Source: Acidimicrobiia bacterium | Lineage (GTDB): Bacteria > Actinomycetota > Acidimicrobiia > Spongiisociales > UBA5794 | DNA: 64,000 nucleotides | Direction of reading: 5' to 3' | Assembly: GCA_035458525.1 (NCBI GenBank) | Contig: DATHZQ010000091.1 | Span: forward strand, 70,201 to 134,200 | Part shown: piece after piece, positions 8,239 to 17,362 of the stretch | Position numbering within the stretch: position 1 is the stretch's first letter | Layout: every line of letters starts with the position of its first letter | Notes under the pieces: model-generated | Databases searched by the model: none | What the model was told of the DNA's origin: nothing | Seen by the model: the letters and a program-made list of their open reading frames with translations, nothing else | Translations under genes and position numbers: made by a program

Positions 8239-10485
8239 TTGGTACGCCGCAAAGCCTCACCGATGGCCGTGCTCGCCGTCGTCGGCTTCGGAGTGTTCGT
8301 CGCCGCCGACGACCTGACGGTCGTGTCCACGATGCTCCGACCCATCATCGGCGACCTCGGCATCGTGCTGCCGGACGGCCTCGACGATGCCGCGTGGATC
8401 GTCAACGCCTACCTCATCGCCTACATCGCCGTGATGCCCTTCTCGGGCCGGCTCAGCGACATCTTCGGACGCCGCCGCGTCTACCTGGCGGCGCTTGCGG
8501 TGTTCCTGATCGGTTCGATCATCATCCCGCAGACGAACACCCTCGGTCCCTTCCTGTTCGGCCGGGTGCTGACTGCCATCGGGGGCGGTGCGCTGGTCCC
8601 GATCGGCATGGCCGTGGTCGGCGATGCATTCGCCGAGGCACGGCGGGCCCGAGCCCTCGGCATCCTCGGCGCCATCGACACCCTGGGGTGGGTGTGGGGA
8701 CCGCTGTTCGGGGCGATGCTGGTGCGATTCCTCTCGTGGCAGTGGCAGTTCTACCTGAACGTGCCGCTCGCCATCATCGGCATGGTGGCCGCCTGGTGGG
8801 CGCTGGCCGAGTACGACAATCCGGTCCGAGCCGGCAAGATCGACTGGATCGGGGCCACTGCGCTCACGGTCGCCTTGGTCTCGCTGAACCTCGCGCTTCT
8901 CGGAAGCGCCGAGATCCAATCGGTCAGCGGACTGGAGGAACTCACAGGATCGACGGGGGAAAGCCTGCGCTGGCTGTATCCGGTCGCTGCCGTGGCTGCC
9001 GTGGTGTTCTTCATCCGGGAACGCCGTGCGGACGAGCCGATCGTCGACTTCGACCTGTTCGCCGGCAGAAACCTCACCGCCGCGGTCATCATCAATTTCC
9101 TCGTCGGCGCCGCGCTCGTGATCGCCATGGTCAACGTCCCCCTCTTCGTCAACATCGTGGAGGTCAACCTGGAGCGGTCCGCGGTGATCGCAGGTTGGGT
9201 GCTGAGTGCGTTGACGGCAGCGATGGCGATCGCCTCCTACGTCGGCGGCAGGCTCACCGAACGCTGGTGGTACCGGCCCCCTGTTCTGCTCGGCCTCGCC
9301 TTGGCCGCCGGTGGGTACCTCGCAATGGGCATCGGCTGGGATGCCGACACCGAGTATCTGGCCATGGCCGTGCAGCTCGCAGTCCTCGGCATCGGTTTCG
9401 GCCTGGTCTTCGCTCCCACCACGGCCGCCGTCGTCGACGGCGCACCGGCCGACCGGCGCGGGACGGCAGCCAGCCTGGTGATCGTGATGCGCCTCATCGG
9501 CCTCAGCGTCGGCTTGTCGGCGCTGACGGCGTGGGGCCTCTACCGCTTCAACCAGTTCCGGGAGAACGTGGAGCTGCCGCCGCTGACCGACCCCAACTAC
9601 GCAACGGCCCTCGAGACCGCCCAAATCGAGGTCACGACGTCGGCACTCGCCGAGACGTTCCTCGGGGCTGCGTTCGTCACCCTGATCGCGCTTGCGGTGG
9701 CCGGCTGGATGCGGCGCGACCGCCATCCACCCGACGCTGCCGTCATGCCAGACGCTGCCACCGACGAAGCGGGACCGGACTCTGCCGAGGACACCACGAT
9801 CGCTGCCTTCACCAGCCACCAGCAAGGAGCCACCATGACCACGGCCACGAGCAGAATCCTCGCCATCGGGTTCGGCGTGCTGCTGCTCCTCGTCATCGGT
9901 CTCGGTGTTCTCGTGCTGTCGCAACGCGGCCGCATCGACGATCTCGCGGCCGAGACCACGGCCTTGCGGGACGACCTCGAAAGGGTCGAGTCGGGGACCG
10001 CGATCTTCGCCGCACAGATCACTGCGTTCCAGGAGGAGCTCGCGGGCCTGGCGCCAACCGTCGGCGGCGGGCTGGATGAAGCGGTCGCCGGCTTGGAAAC
10101 CTTCCGTACGTCCTCGCTCGAATTCGTCGTCGACATCAACGAAGTGATCCCGATCGACGTCGACGTCGTGCTCGATCGCGTGATCCAGGTGCCGGTCAAC
10201 ACGTCGATCCCCATCACAGAGACGATCGACACGACGATCACCATTGCCGGTCCGTTCGGCATCGACATCCCCCTCGACGTCACGGTGCCGGTTGACGTGA
10301 CGGTTCCCGTCGATCTCGACCTCGAGTTCCCCATCAACGAGACGGTTCCGGTGCGGACGGAGATCCCGGTCGACCTGTCGGTGCCGATCACGGTCGACAT
10401 CGCAGGAACCGAGCTCGCAACGCTCGCCGAATCGCTACAGCAGGGGCTGATCGCCTTCAAGGACGTCATCGAAGGTCTCGGCTGA
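8239..10485 (+). CDS. DHA2-type 14-TMS MFS transporter (P55/Rv1410c-like) with an in-frame ~216-aa C-terminal extra module
   Basis: TTG start 2 nt after the lprG-like stop (alternative ATG at 8263). MFS motifs are GRLSDIFGRRRV and LGPFLFGRVLTAIGGGALVP. After about aa 495 comes an acidic linker, then a TM helix, a coiled-coil-like segment and an (I/V)P(I/V)D-rich region. There is no stop codon between the parts. Confidence 0.85.
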   Translation: MVRRKASPMAVLAVVGFGVFVAADDLTVVSTMLRPIIGDLGIVLPDGLDDAAWIVNAYLIAYIAVMPFSGRLSDIFGRRRVYLAALAVFLIGSIIIPQTNTLGPFLFGRVLTAIGGGALVPIGMAVVGDAFAEARRARALGILGAIDTLGWVWGPLFGAMLVRFLSWQWQFYLNVPLAIIGMVAAWWALAEYDNPVRAGKIDWIGATALTVALVSLNLALLGSAEIQSVSGLEELTGSTGESLRWLYPVAAVAAVVFFIRERRADEPIVDFDLFAGRNLTAAVIINFLVGAALVIAMVNVPLFVNIVEVNLERSAVIAGWVLSALTAAMAIASYVGGRLTERWWYRPPVLLGLALAAGGYLAMGIGWDADTEYLAMAVQLAVLGIGFGLVFAPTTAAVVDGAPADRRGTAASLVIVMRLIGLSVGLSALTAWGLYRFNQFRENVELPPLTDPNYATALETAQIEVTTSALAETFLGAAFVTLIALAVAGWMRRDRHPPDAAVMPDAATDEAGPDSAEDTTIAAFTSHQQGATMTTATSRILAIGFGVLLLLVIGLGVLVLSQRGRIDDLAAETTALRDDLERVESGTAIFAAQITAFQEELAGLAPTVGGGLDEAVAGLETFRTSSLEFVVDINEVIPIDVDVVLDRVIQVPVNTSIPITETIDTTITIAGPFGIDIPLDVTVPVDVTVPVDLDLEFPINETVPVRTEIPVDLSVPITVDIAGTELATLAESLQQGLIAFKDVIEGLG

Positions 10486-10511
10486 GCACCACCGGCTTGC
10501 CCGGCTAGCTT

Positions 10512-10537
10512 CAACGAGGTGAAGATTCACCTCGTTG
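10512..10537 (+). other. Perfect 11-bp-stem hairpin downstream of the MFS gene that covers the start of the exonuclease pseudogene
   Basis: caacgaggtga-agat-tcacctcgttg. It lies 27 nt after the MFS stop. The GTG at 10519 and codons KIHLV lie inside the stem. Confidence 0.45.
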
Positions 10538-11359
10538 ACGGCACGTTCGAGCTGTTCCGTTGCCACATGGGCACGCCGCCGGCGCAGACGGCAACGAGAT
10601 CGGCGCGGGCCGGGGCTTGTTGCACACGCTGACGTCGCTGCTTCGCCAGGAGGACGTGACACACGTGGCGATCGCGTTCGACACCGTGGTCGATGCACCG
10701 ATGGATCGAGGACCCGACGGTCCGTGGAAGCAGCACGTCCTGGCGGCCGACATTTGCCCGCGCCCTGGGTCTTGCGGTGTGGCCAATGGCGCGACGCTAT
10801 GAAACGGACGATGCGCTCGCCACCGGCGCCCACAAGTTTGCCGGGGCGCGGGGCGTCGACCAAGTCGTGCTGTGCACTCGCGCCAAAGACCTGGCGCAGT
10901 GCGTCTGCGGCCACCGCGTCGTGATGCTCGACCGGGTCAACGACGTCGTCAGCACCGAGCCAGACGTCGAGGCGAAGTGGGGCGTGCCAACCTGATTCCT
11001 TCGCTCCTGGCCTCGTGGGCGACCGCGCCGGCGGCTTGCCCGGAGTGCCCGGTTGGGGGAGGAAATCCACCGCGACCGTACTCCGCCGCTACGGATCGAT
11101 CGAAGCGATCCCACCGGACGGCGCCAGCTGGGACGTGCAGGTGCTCAGCGCACGCCGGCTGGCGGCAACGCTCGTCGAGTGGCGACGCGAGGTGGTGATC
11201 TACCGCGAGCTCATCACGCTGGCGACTGATGTGCCCATCCCCGACGAGGTCGAAGATCTGCAAGGGCGCGGCGCCAAACGCGATGCCTTGGAGGCGATCT
11301 GCGAGCGGCTCGACGCGCCGGAGATCCTGGATCGCATCCCGGTCTGGCGCCCCGGCTAA
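10519..11359 (+). pseudogene. 5'-3' exonuclease (FEN/PIN-like, Pol I N-terminal-domain family) disrupted by multiple frameshifts
   Basis: Family-typical segments are scattered over three frames. They are VKIHLVDGTFELFRCHMG, ADGNEIGAGRGLLHTLTSLLRQEDVTHVAIAFDTVV, ALGLAVWPMARRYETDDALATGAHKFA..VDQVVLCTRAKDLAQCV, NLIPSLLA and GDRAGGLPGVPGWGRKSTATVLRRYGSIEAIP. At least 5 frame changes are needed to join them. Confidence 0.75.
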
Positions 11360-11826
11360 TCGGGATGGTCGGTGCGCAGCCTGTCGAACACCCGGGACAC
11401 GGTCGCCATCTCCTCGCTGCTCATCTCGGCAACGAAATGGGCCTCGAGATCGGACAGGTGGGTCGCCGTCGCCGCTTCGATGACGTCCCGGCCGTGCGGC
11501 GTCAGCTTGGCCCACTGCACTCGCCGGTCAGACGCACACTGCAAGCGCTCGACCTGGCCCGCCGATGCCAACCGATCGACGAGGCGGGTGACGCCACCCG
11601 AGGTCAGCACCATCTGGTCGGCCAGTTCGGTCATCGACATCTGCTGCTCGCGTGAACGCCCGAGTCGCAACAGCGCTTCGAACGCGACGAGCGAGAGGTC
11701 GTGCCGTTCCCGCAGCGAGCGCTCGAACGTGCGCTCCAGCCGACGGGTCGCCTCGATCACCATGCCGAAAGCAGTGATTCGGTCGTCGGCGAGTACAGAT
11801 GCGGTATTTGGAGTGGCCATGACCAA
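11356..11826 (-). CDS. MarR-family transcriptional regulator
   Basis: LSLVAFEALLRLGRSREQQMSMTELADQMVLTSGGVTRLVDRLASAGQVERLQCASDRRVQWAKLTPHGR is a winged-HTH MarR signature. The probable start is ATG 11820. It is divergent from the YceI-like gene. Confidence 0.9.
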   Translation of the reverse strand: MVMATPNTASVLADDRITAFGMVIEATRRLERTFERSLRERHDLSLVAFEALLRLGRSREQQMSMTELADQMVLTSGGVTRLVDRLASAGQVERLQCASDRRVQWAKLTPHGRDVIEAATATHLSDLEAHFVAEMSSEEMATVSRVFDRLRTDHPD

Positions 11827-11845
11827 CTACCTTACTCGTCAACTA

Positions 11846-11873
11846 TTGACATGTCAGGTAAAGCTGATACGGT
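11846..11873 (+). promoter_or_regulatory. Candidate promoter TTGACA-16 nt-TACGGT overlapped by the palindrome TGACATGTCA (possible MarR operator)
   Basis: TTGACA is at 11846..11851, TACGGT at 11868..11873, and the perfect 10-bp palindrome at 11847..11856. All lie in the 91-bp MarR/YceI divergent intergenic region. Confidence 0.45.
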
Positions 11874-11917
11874 TACCTGCGCAGTCACATATCGCGCAAC
11901 GCAAGGAGTATCCCCTC

Positions 11918-12466
11918 ATGACCGAAACCCTCACGCTCCCCGCCGCTGGCACCTGGTCGCTCGACCCGGCGCACACCGTGGTCGGCTTCTCGGCGCGGCA
12001 TCTGATGGCCGCCAAGGTCCGTGGCACGTTCAAGTCGTTCAGCGGTGAGATCACGATCGGCGATTCACCGGAGAACTCATCCGTCACCGTGAGCATCGAT
12101 GCCGGATCGATCGACACCGGCGTGGAAGACCGTGACGGCCACCTGCGTTCGCCTGACTTCCTGAACATCGAGGAGTACGCAACCCTCGAATTCGCCTCGA
12201 CAGCGGTACGGCAGGCGGGGACTCACTACGAGGTCGACGGCGACTTGACCATCCGCGACATCACCAACCCGGTGACGCTCAAGCTCGAGCACCACGGTCT
12301 CGTGACCGATCCGTGGGGCAACAACAAGGCCCTCTTCTCGGCGAGCACCAAGATCAACCGGGAGGATTGGGGCCTCACCTGGAACGCACCGCTCGAAGCC
12401 GGCGGGTGGCTCGTTGGCAAGGACGTCACGATCGAGCTCGAAGTGCAGGCCGCACCCGCCTCCTGA
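11918..12466 (+). CDS. YceI-family (polyisoprenoid-binding-like) protein
   Basis: An AAGGAG RBS precedes MTETLTLPAAGTWSLDPAHTVVGFSARHLMAAKVRGTFKSFSGEI...DRDGHLRSPDFLNIEEYATLEF..., which is the canonical YceI pattern. Confidence 0.85.
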   Translation: MTETLTLPAAGTWSLDPAHTVVGFSARHLMAAKVRGTFKSFSGEITIGDSPENSSVTVSIDAGSIDTGVEDRDGHLRSPDFLNIEEYATLEFASTAVRQAGTHYEVDGDLTIRDITNPVTLKLEHHGLVTDPWGNNKALFSASTKINREDWGLTWNAPLEAGGWLVGKDVTIELEVQAAPAS

Positions 12467-12499
12467 ATCCCCCGACCCATCGACGCGGTCCCGGGGGAT
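12467..12499 (+). terminator. Weak hairpin directly after the YceI-like stop
   Basis: atcccccg ... cgggggat gives an 8-bp stem with a 17-nt loop. There is no U-tract. Confidence 0.3.
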
Positions 12500-12545
12500 C
12501 GCCCACTGACCCCCCGGACCGCTGCAACCTGGGAGAATCCTCACC

Positions 12546-13064
12546 ATGCCCGGCATCCGTCGCCTCAACCACGCCGTCCTGTACGTCACGGATCTCGATG
12601 CGGCCCAGCGCTTCTACACCGAGGTGCTCGGCTTCACCGTCATCAGCGAGGAGCCGCGCTTCAACGCAGCGTTCCTGCAAGCCGCCGACTCGGCGAACCA
12701 TCACGACCTGGGCCTGTTCGGCCTCGGGCCCGACGCTCCTCGCCCCCAACGCGGGCGCGCCGGCCTCTATCACCTGGCCTGGCAGGTCGACACCATCGAC
12801 GAGCTCGCTGCACTTCGGGGCGCCCTTCTCGAAGCCGGCGCACTGTCGGGCGAGTCCTCTCACGGAGCGACCAAGAGCCTCTACGGCGTCGACCCGGCGG
12901 GCAACGAGTTCGAGGTCATGTGGATGTTGCCGAAGGCCAGCTGGGGCGAGTTCGCCGACAAGGCGATCGTCGAGCGCCTCGACCTCGCCGCAGAGCTCGC
13001 CCGCTGGTCCGGTGTCGGCACCGCCGACGAGTTGGGGGTTGCCTCGGCTGCGGCAGCCGGGTGA
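12546..13064 (+). CDS. VOC (glyoxalase/bleomycin-resistance/extradiol dioxygenase) family protein
   Basis: MPGIRRLNHAVLYVTDLDAAQRFYTEVLGFTV...HHDLGLF...GLYHLAWQVDTIDEL...GVDPAGNEFEV. Confidence 0.85.
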   Translation: MPGIRRLNHAVLYVTDLDAAQRFYTEVLGFTVISEEPRFNAAFLQAADSANHHDLGLFGLGPDAPRPQRGRAGLYHLAWQVDTIDELAALRGALLEAGALSGESSHGATKSLYGVDPAGNEFEVMWMLPKASWGEFADKAIVERLDLAAELARWSGVGTADELGVASAAAAG

Positions 13065-13170
13065 CCTGAGGCAGCGCTTGCTCGACTCCTCCCTGCTCCC
13101 CGAAGCCGGCGAAACGCTGCGGTGCGGGGTGCACGCACGCCGGCACGACTACGACCCCGGGGGAACGGCG

Positions 13171-13992
13171 ATGAGCGCATCGACCCTGCTCGTCGCCGAG
13201 CTGGCCGGGCCTTGGCCCAAGCCGGTCTTCGAACATCCGGCACTGACGGGGCTGTCGGCCACCATTGAGATGCACTCCGGAACGGGGCGCATCCTCGCCG
13301 CGGTCCCTCCCCTGGGCTCCCATGAGCTGCGGCTGCATCGCTTCGACCGCGGACTCGATGGCGCCCTCGCCATGACTCATGTGGCGGAGACGCCGGACGA
13401 CATTCGCAGCCTGATCTCTGCCACCACTGCGCTCGACGCCATCCCGGCCGAAGCCGTCCTGGTCACAGAACCGGTGGTCTTGCTGTGCACGCAAGGCACC
13501 CACGATGTCTGCTGTGGCATCGAGGGCACCCGACTCGCCCTCGAGCTCGAGCAAGCGGGATTCAATGTGATGCGCGTCAGCCACACTGGCGGCCATCGCT
13601 TTGCGCCGACGGCACTCACACTGCCGAGCGGGCGGATGTGGGCATACCTCGATGCGCCGCTTCTGGCCGGCATCATCAAGCAGACCCTCGACCCCGCACA
13701 CGCCGCAGCCCTGTGCCGGGGATGGTGGGGTGCTGCGCCGGGCGCCGCCCAAGCCGCCGAGCGTGCGGTCTTTGCCCAGGTCGGATGGGCCTGGGAGCGC
13801 ATGGCGCGATCCGTCGCGCTGCAGGACCAGGACGGCGCACGATCGCTGTGGAGCGTTACCGGCAACGGTGCGACATGGCACGTTCGCACAGAGCCGGGTC
13901 GCACCGTGCCGGTGCTGGCATGCAGGGCATCCGGCGGACTCCCTGCCAAAGAGGCGACCGAGTACAGCGCAGTCGTGGTGGCCCGCCCCTGA
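13171..13992 (+). CDS. Sucrase/ferredoxin-like (thioredoxin-like) family protein
   Basis: LLCTQGTHDVCCGIEGTRLALELE...VSHTGGHRFAPTAL matches the Suc_Fer-like pattern (C..G.HD.CC ... H.GGH.FA). The upstream part of track ORF 12313..13992 is a shadow that overlaps the VOC gene. Confidence 0.7.
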   Translation: MSASTLLVAELAGPWPKPVFEHPALTGLSATIEMHSGTGRILAAVPPLGSHELRLHRFDRGLDGALAMTHVAETPDDIRSLISATTALDAIPAEAVLVTEPVVLLCTQGTHDVCCGIEGTRLALELEQAGFNVMRVSHTGGHRFAPTALTLPSGRMWAYLDAPLLAGIIKQTLDPAHAAALCRGWWGAAPGAAQAAERAVFAQVGWAWERMARSVALQDQDGARSLWSVTGNGATWHVRTEPGRTVPVLACRASGGLPAKEATEYSAVVVARP

Positions 13993-14688
13993 TCACGCAA
14001 GCCAGCGAACCGGCAGGCGCCGATCGATGCGAACCGACTCCGGCGTCACCGCACATCCGTACGCAACCACGTGGACGCCGACGGCCGCTGCAGCAGTGAC
14101 ATCGGCAACCCATCCTTGGTCTGCATCGCCACCAATCAGCAACTCGTCGACGTCCGGACGCTGCACGACGAAAGCGACCATCGCAGCTTGGCCGGCCGCT
14201 GCCGCTGCGCCGAGCGCAGCAAGCTGGCCGGCCGCCCGTGTCGACGGCGTCTGCGACAGTAGGGCGCTCCCCGCGCTCGCCCGACCACCCGACTTGACCT
14301 CGACCAACACCGGGCCATCGCTTGCGGTTGCCACGAGGTCGATGCGATGCCGCCCGAAGGGGACCTCACGATGGACATACGCCACGGGGCCGAACCCAGG
14401 CAGTTCGTGGCCGGCAAGCCAATCCGCCAGCAACGCAGGCGCACGCCAGGCTTCGAGCGCCACCCAGCAGCCGTCCCAAGCCCGGATTGCCGTGAATCGG
14501 GTCTTTCGTGTCGGATCCTCTGCGGGTCGGAGGAGGTAACGCCGTCCGGGCGTCGTCAGGTGGGTGAGGCGGCCGGTGTTGGGAAGGTGGGCACGAACCC
14601 GGCGACCGTCCTCCAAATCGACAACCACGACAAAGCGGTTGGGGCGCTCGACGAACGCGCCGGCGATCCACGATGTGGTGCCGCTCAC
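13993..14688 (-). CDS. sfsA: Sugar fermentation stimulation protein A homologue (SfsA nuclease-fold protein)
   Basis: [33 protein letters not shown]...GRHRIDLV...VLVEVKS. The GTG start at 14688 overlaps the thiolase TGA (GTGA overlap). Confidence 0.8.
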   Translation of the reverse strand: MSGTTSWIAGAFVERPNRFVVVVDLEDGRRVRAHLPNTGRLTHLTTPGRRYLLRPAEDPTRKTRFTAIRAWDGCWVALEAWRAPALLADWLAGHELPGFGPVAYVHREVPFGRHRIDLVATASDGPVLVEVKSGGRASAGSALLSQTPSTRAAGQLAALGAAAAAGQAAMVAFVVQRPDVDELLIGGDADQGWVADVTAAAAVGVHVVAYGCAVTPESVRIDRRLPVRWLA

Positions 14689-15890
14689 ACCGCCTCGAGC
14701 AACACGGCGATTCCTTGCCCCACGCCGATGCACATGGTTGCGAGGGCCCAGCGCCCGCCACGCCGCCGCAACTCGAGGGCTGCGGTGCCGGCAAGGCGCG
14801 CCCCGGACATGCCGGTGGGATGGCCGAGTGCGATGGCGCCACCGTTGGGATTGACGTGCTCGGCGTCGTCGGGGACACCGAGCTCACGAAGCGAGGCAAG
14901 CGCCTGGCTGGCGAACGCCTCGTTGAGCTCGATCACTTCGATCTCACCGATGCCGAGTCCGCGGCGTTCCAGCAGCTTCCGAGTCGCAGGAACCGGCCCG
15001 ATGCCCATGATGCGCGGTGGTACGCCGGCCACCGCGGAGCCTGCGATCCGAGCGATGGGCTCGAGCGAGTAGCGCTCCACAGCCTGCCCTGAAGCGACGA
15101 GCATGGCCGCCGCCCCGTCGTTGATGCCAGAGGAGTTGCCGGCTGTGACGGTGCCGCCGTCGCGAAAAGCCGGCCGCAGCGCCGCCAGTCGCTCGACCGT
15201 CGTCTCGGGCCTCGGATGCTCGTCCTGGGTGACGAGGGTTGGGGCCCCGCGCCGCTGGGGGACCTCCACGGGAGTGATCTCCTCGGCCAGCACCCCGCTC
15301 TTCACCGCAAGGGACGTGCGCTGCTGGCTACGCCAAGCAAAGGCATCCTGGTCGGAACGGCTCACGCTGAACTCGTCCGCGACGTTTTCGGCTGTGACAC
15401 CGAGCGCATCGGTGTGACCCATCGCGCGCATGGCTGGGTTGACGAGGCGCCAACCCAGCGTCGTGCTGGCAATCTCGGCGGTTCGCGCGAACGCCGTCTC
15501 CGATTTGGGTATGACATGCGGCGCCCGCGACATGGACTCGACGCCCCCGGCGACGATCAGGTCTGCATCGCCGAGCGCAATTGCACGGCCGGCCTGAATG
15601 ACCGCATCCATACCGGAGCCGCACAGGCGGTTCGTGGTCGAACCGGGCACGTCGGTCGACAGCCCGGCGAGCAGGCCGGCCATCCTCCCGACGTTGCGGT
15701 TGTCCTCTCCCGCCTGGTTGGTGGCTCCCAGGAGCACGTCGTCCAACGCACCCCAATCCACCGAGCCGAGACGCTCGACGAGTGCCCGGATCGGGACCGC
15801 TGCCAGGTCGTCGGCACGCACCGTTGCAAGGGCGCCGCCGTACCTGCCAATCGGCGTCCTCACGAAATCAACGAGGAAGGCATCGCTCAT
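14685..15890 (-). CDS. Acetyl-CoA C-acyltransferase (thiolase II, PcaF/FadA-like)
   Basis: [22 protein letters not shown]...[11 protein letters not shown]...[13 protein letters not shown]...[20 protein letters not shown]...[10 protein letters not shown] contains the thiolase active-site motifs. Confidence 0.9.
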   Translation of the reverse strand: MSDAFLVDFVRTPIGRYGGALATVRADDLAAVPIRALVERLGSVDWGALDDVLLGATNQAGEDNRNVGRMAGLLAGLSTDVPGSTTNRLCGSGMDAVIQAGRAIALGDADLIVAGGVESMSRAPHVIPKSETAFARTAEIASTTLGWRLVNPAMRAMGHTDALGVTAENVADEFSVSRSDQDAFAWRSQQRTSLAVKSGVLAEEITPVEVPQRRGAPTLVTQDEHPRPETTVERLAALRPAFRDGGTVTAGNSSGINDGAAAMLVASGQAVERYSLEPIARIAGSAVAGVPPRIMGIGPVPATRKLLERRGLGIGEIEVIELNEAFASQALASLRELGVPDDAEHVNPNGGAIALGHPTGMSGARLAGTAALELRRRGGRWALATMCIGVGQGIAVLLEAV

Positions 15891-15945
15891 GTGGCTCGAC
15901 GGTAGCGGCCCAGGGTTCCCCCTTTGACCTCCAATCCTAATTGTT

Positions 15946-15974
15946 TTAGTTTATTCACTATATTTCTTAGTTTA
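15946..15974. promoter_or_regulatory. AT-rich divergent promoter region with two TTAGTTTA direct repeats phased 21 bp apart (candidate TetR-type operator)
   Basis: ttagttta occurs at 15946..15953 and at 15967..15974, within ctaattgttttagtttattcactatatttcttagtttaactgaa. This is the most AT-rich stretch of the window. It lies between the thiolase start (15890, -) and the hydrolase start (15993, +). A TetR gene is in the downstream operon. Confidence 0.4.
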
Positions 15975-15992
15975 ACTGAACCCGGAGGGCGA

Positions 15993-16787
15993 ATGACCGA
16001 CATGCTCACGACCCAGCAAGGTTCGCTGGCCTACGACGACTACGGCGGAGAGGGACCACTTCTCCTCCTGCTGCCGGGAGCCGGAGACGTGCGATCCGAG
16101 CACCGCTTCCTCGCCTCTCGGCTGGCTGCGGTTGGCTACCGAGTGGTCACAATGGATCTGCGCGGCCATGGCGAGTCGACTGCCAGCTGGTCCGGCTATG
16201 GCGTCGCGGCCACGGCAGCCGACATCGTCGCCGCGATCCGCGGAATGGATGCAGGGCCGGCGACCGTGATCGGCAACTCGTTCTCCCCCGCCGCTGCGTT
16301 GTGGGCTGCCGCCGAGCATCCCGCGCTCGTCAGCGGTGTCGTCGCCATCAGCCCCCACCTCGACCAGGACGCCGGCGCCCTGCAACGGCTTGCGCTCGAG
16401 CTGACGCTGCGGGGACCGCTGGCCGGGCCGGTGTGGGAGAAGTTCTATCGAGGCTGGTACAAGTCCAATCCGCCGTCCGACCTGGATGAGCAGGTGGCCC
16501 TCCTCCGCGAGATGATGCAGGAACCTCTCCGGCGCAAAGCGGTGCGAGCCACACTGCTGGCGCATCGGGATGGACTCGACGAGAAGCTGAGTGCGCTAGC
16601 AACACCCGTGCTGGTGATCTTCGGCAGTGAAGACGACCACTTCGACACCCCGCATGTTGCGGCGGCCGACGCAGCCGAGAGAACCCGCGGCACCGCCGAG
16701 ATCATCGATGGCGCCGGGCACTACCCCCACGTGGAATACCCCGAGATCGCCGCCAGCATGGTCCGCGACTTCTTGGACGCTGACTGA
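15993..16787 (+). CDS. Alpha/beta-fold hydrolase
   Basis: A GGAGGG RBS precedes LLLLPGAGDVRSEHRFL...DLRGHGES...VIGNSFSPAAAL...GAGHYPHVEYPE, giving the nucleophile-elbow (G-N-S-F-S) and His motifs. Confidence 0.85.
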   Translation: MTDMLTTQQGSLAYDDYGGEGPLLLLLPGAGDVRSEHRFLASRLAAVGYRVVTMDLRGHGESTASWSGYGVAATAADIVAAIRGMDAGPATVIGNSFSPAAALWAAAEHPALVSGVVAISPHLDQDAGALQRLALELTLRGPLAGPVWEKFYRGWYKSNPPSDLDEQVALLREMMQEPLRRKAVRATLLAHRDGLDEKLSALATPVLVIFGSEDDHFDTPHVAAADAAERTRGTAEIIDGAGHYPHVEYPEIAASMVRDFLDAD

Positions 16788-17347
16788 TGCCCAGGGCCGG
16801 CCTGTCGGCCGACGCCGTCGTAGCCGTCGCCGCAGCCCTGCTCGATGCTGATCCCGCAACCGAGCTCACCCTCAGCCGAGTCGCCGTAGAGCTGGGCGTC
16901 AAAACGCCCTCGCTCTACAACCACGTGGCGGGTCTCGGGGATCTCCGCCGCCGCGTGGCGATGGCCGGCATCGTCGAACTCGGAGATGCGCTTCGCACTG
17001 CCGTGATGGGACGCAGCGGGCCGGACGCAGTGCGCGCACTCGCCGCCGCATATCGCGCATACGCCGTCGCGCACCCCGGCATCTACCCGCTCACGCAAGA
17101 AGCGAGACCAGGCGACCCCGAGTACGCCGCCCTGGGGCTGCGGACCATCGAGCCTGCCGCAGCCGCGCTACGGAGCTGCGACGTCGCAGAAGACGAGCTG
17201 ATCCATCGCATACGCGCGGTGCGGAGTGCGCTGCACGGGTTCGTTCTGCTGGAGACCCGACACGGATTCGGCATCCCCGTCGACATCGATGCCTCGTTCG
17301 AGACCCTCATCGAGATCCTGGTCACGTCGTGCCGGACGCCTGCTTGA
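16787..17347 (+). CDS. TetR/AcrR-family regulator
   Basis: The ATG overlaps the hydrolase TGA (TGATG). TLSRVAVELGVKTPSLYNHVAGLGDLRRRV is a TetR HTH. The C-terminal stretch ALHGFVLLE is WHG-like. Confidence 0.85.
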   Translation: MPRAGLSADAVVAVAAALLDADPATELTLSRVAVELGVKTPSLYNHVAGLGDLRRRVAMAGIVELGDALRTAVMGRSGPDAVRALAAAYRAYAVAHPGIYPLTQEARPGDPEYAALGLRTIEPAAAALRSCDVAEDELIHRIRAVRSALHGFVLLETRHGFGIPVDIDASFETLIEILVTSCRTPA

Positions 17348-17362
17348 CCGGCCCAGGAGTCG

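Noticed and set aside
12313-13170. N-terminal 286 codons of the 559-aa ORF 12313..13992
   Set aside because: This part overlaps the YceI-like and VOC genes out of frame and reads as Pro/Arg/Ser junk. The genuine Suc_Fer-like protein starts at ATG 13171. The same logic trims ORFs 11372..12466, 20206..21231, 31839..33377, 42720..44654, 41712..44018 and 53809..55806 to internal starts.
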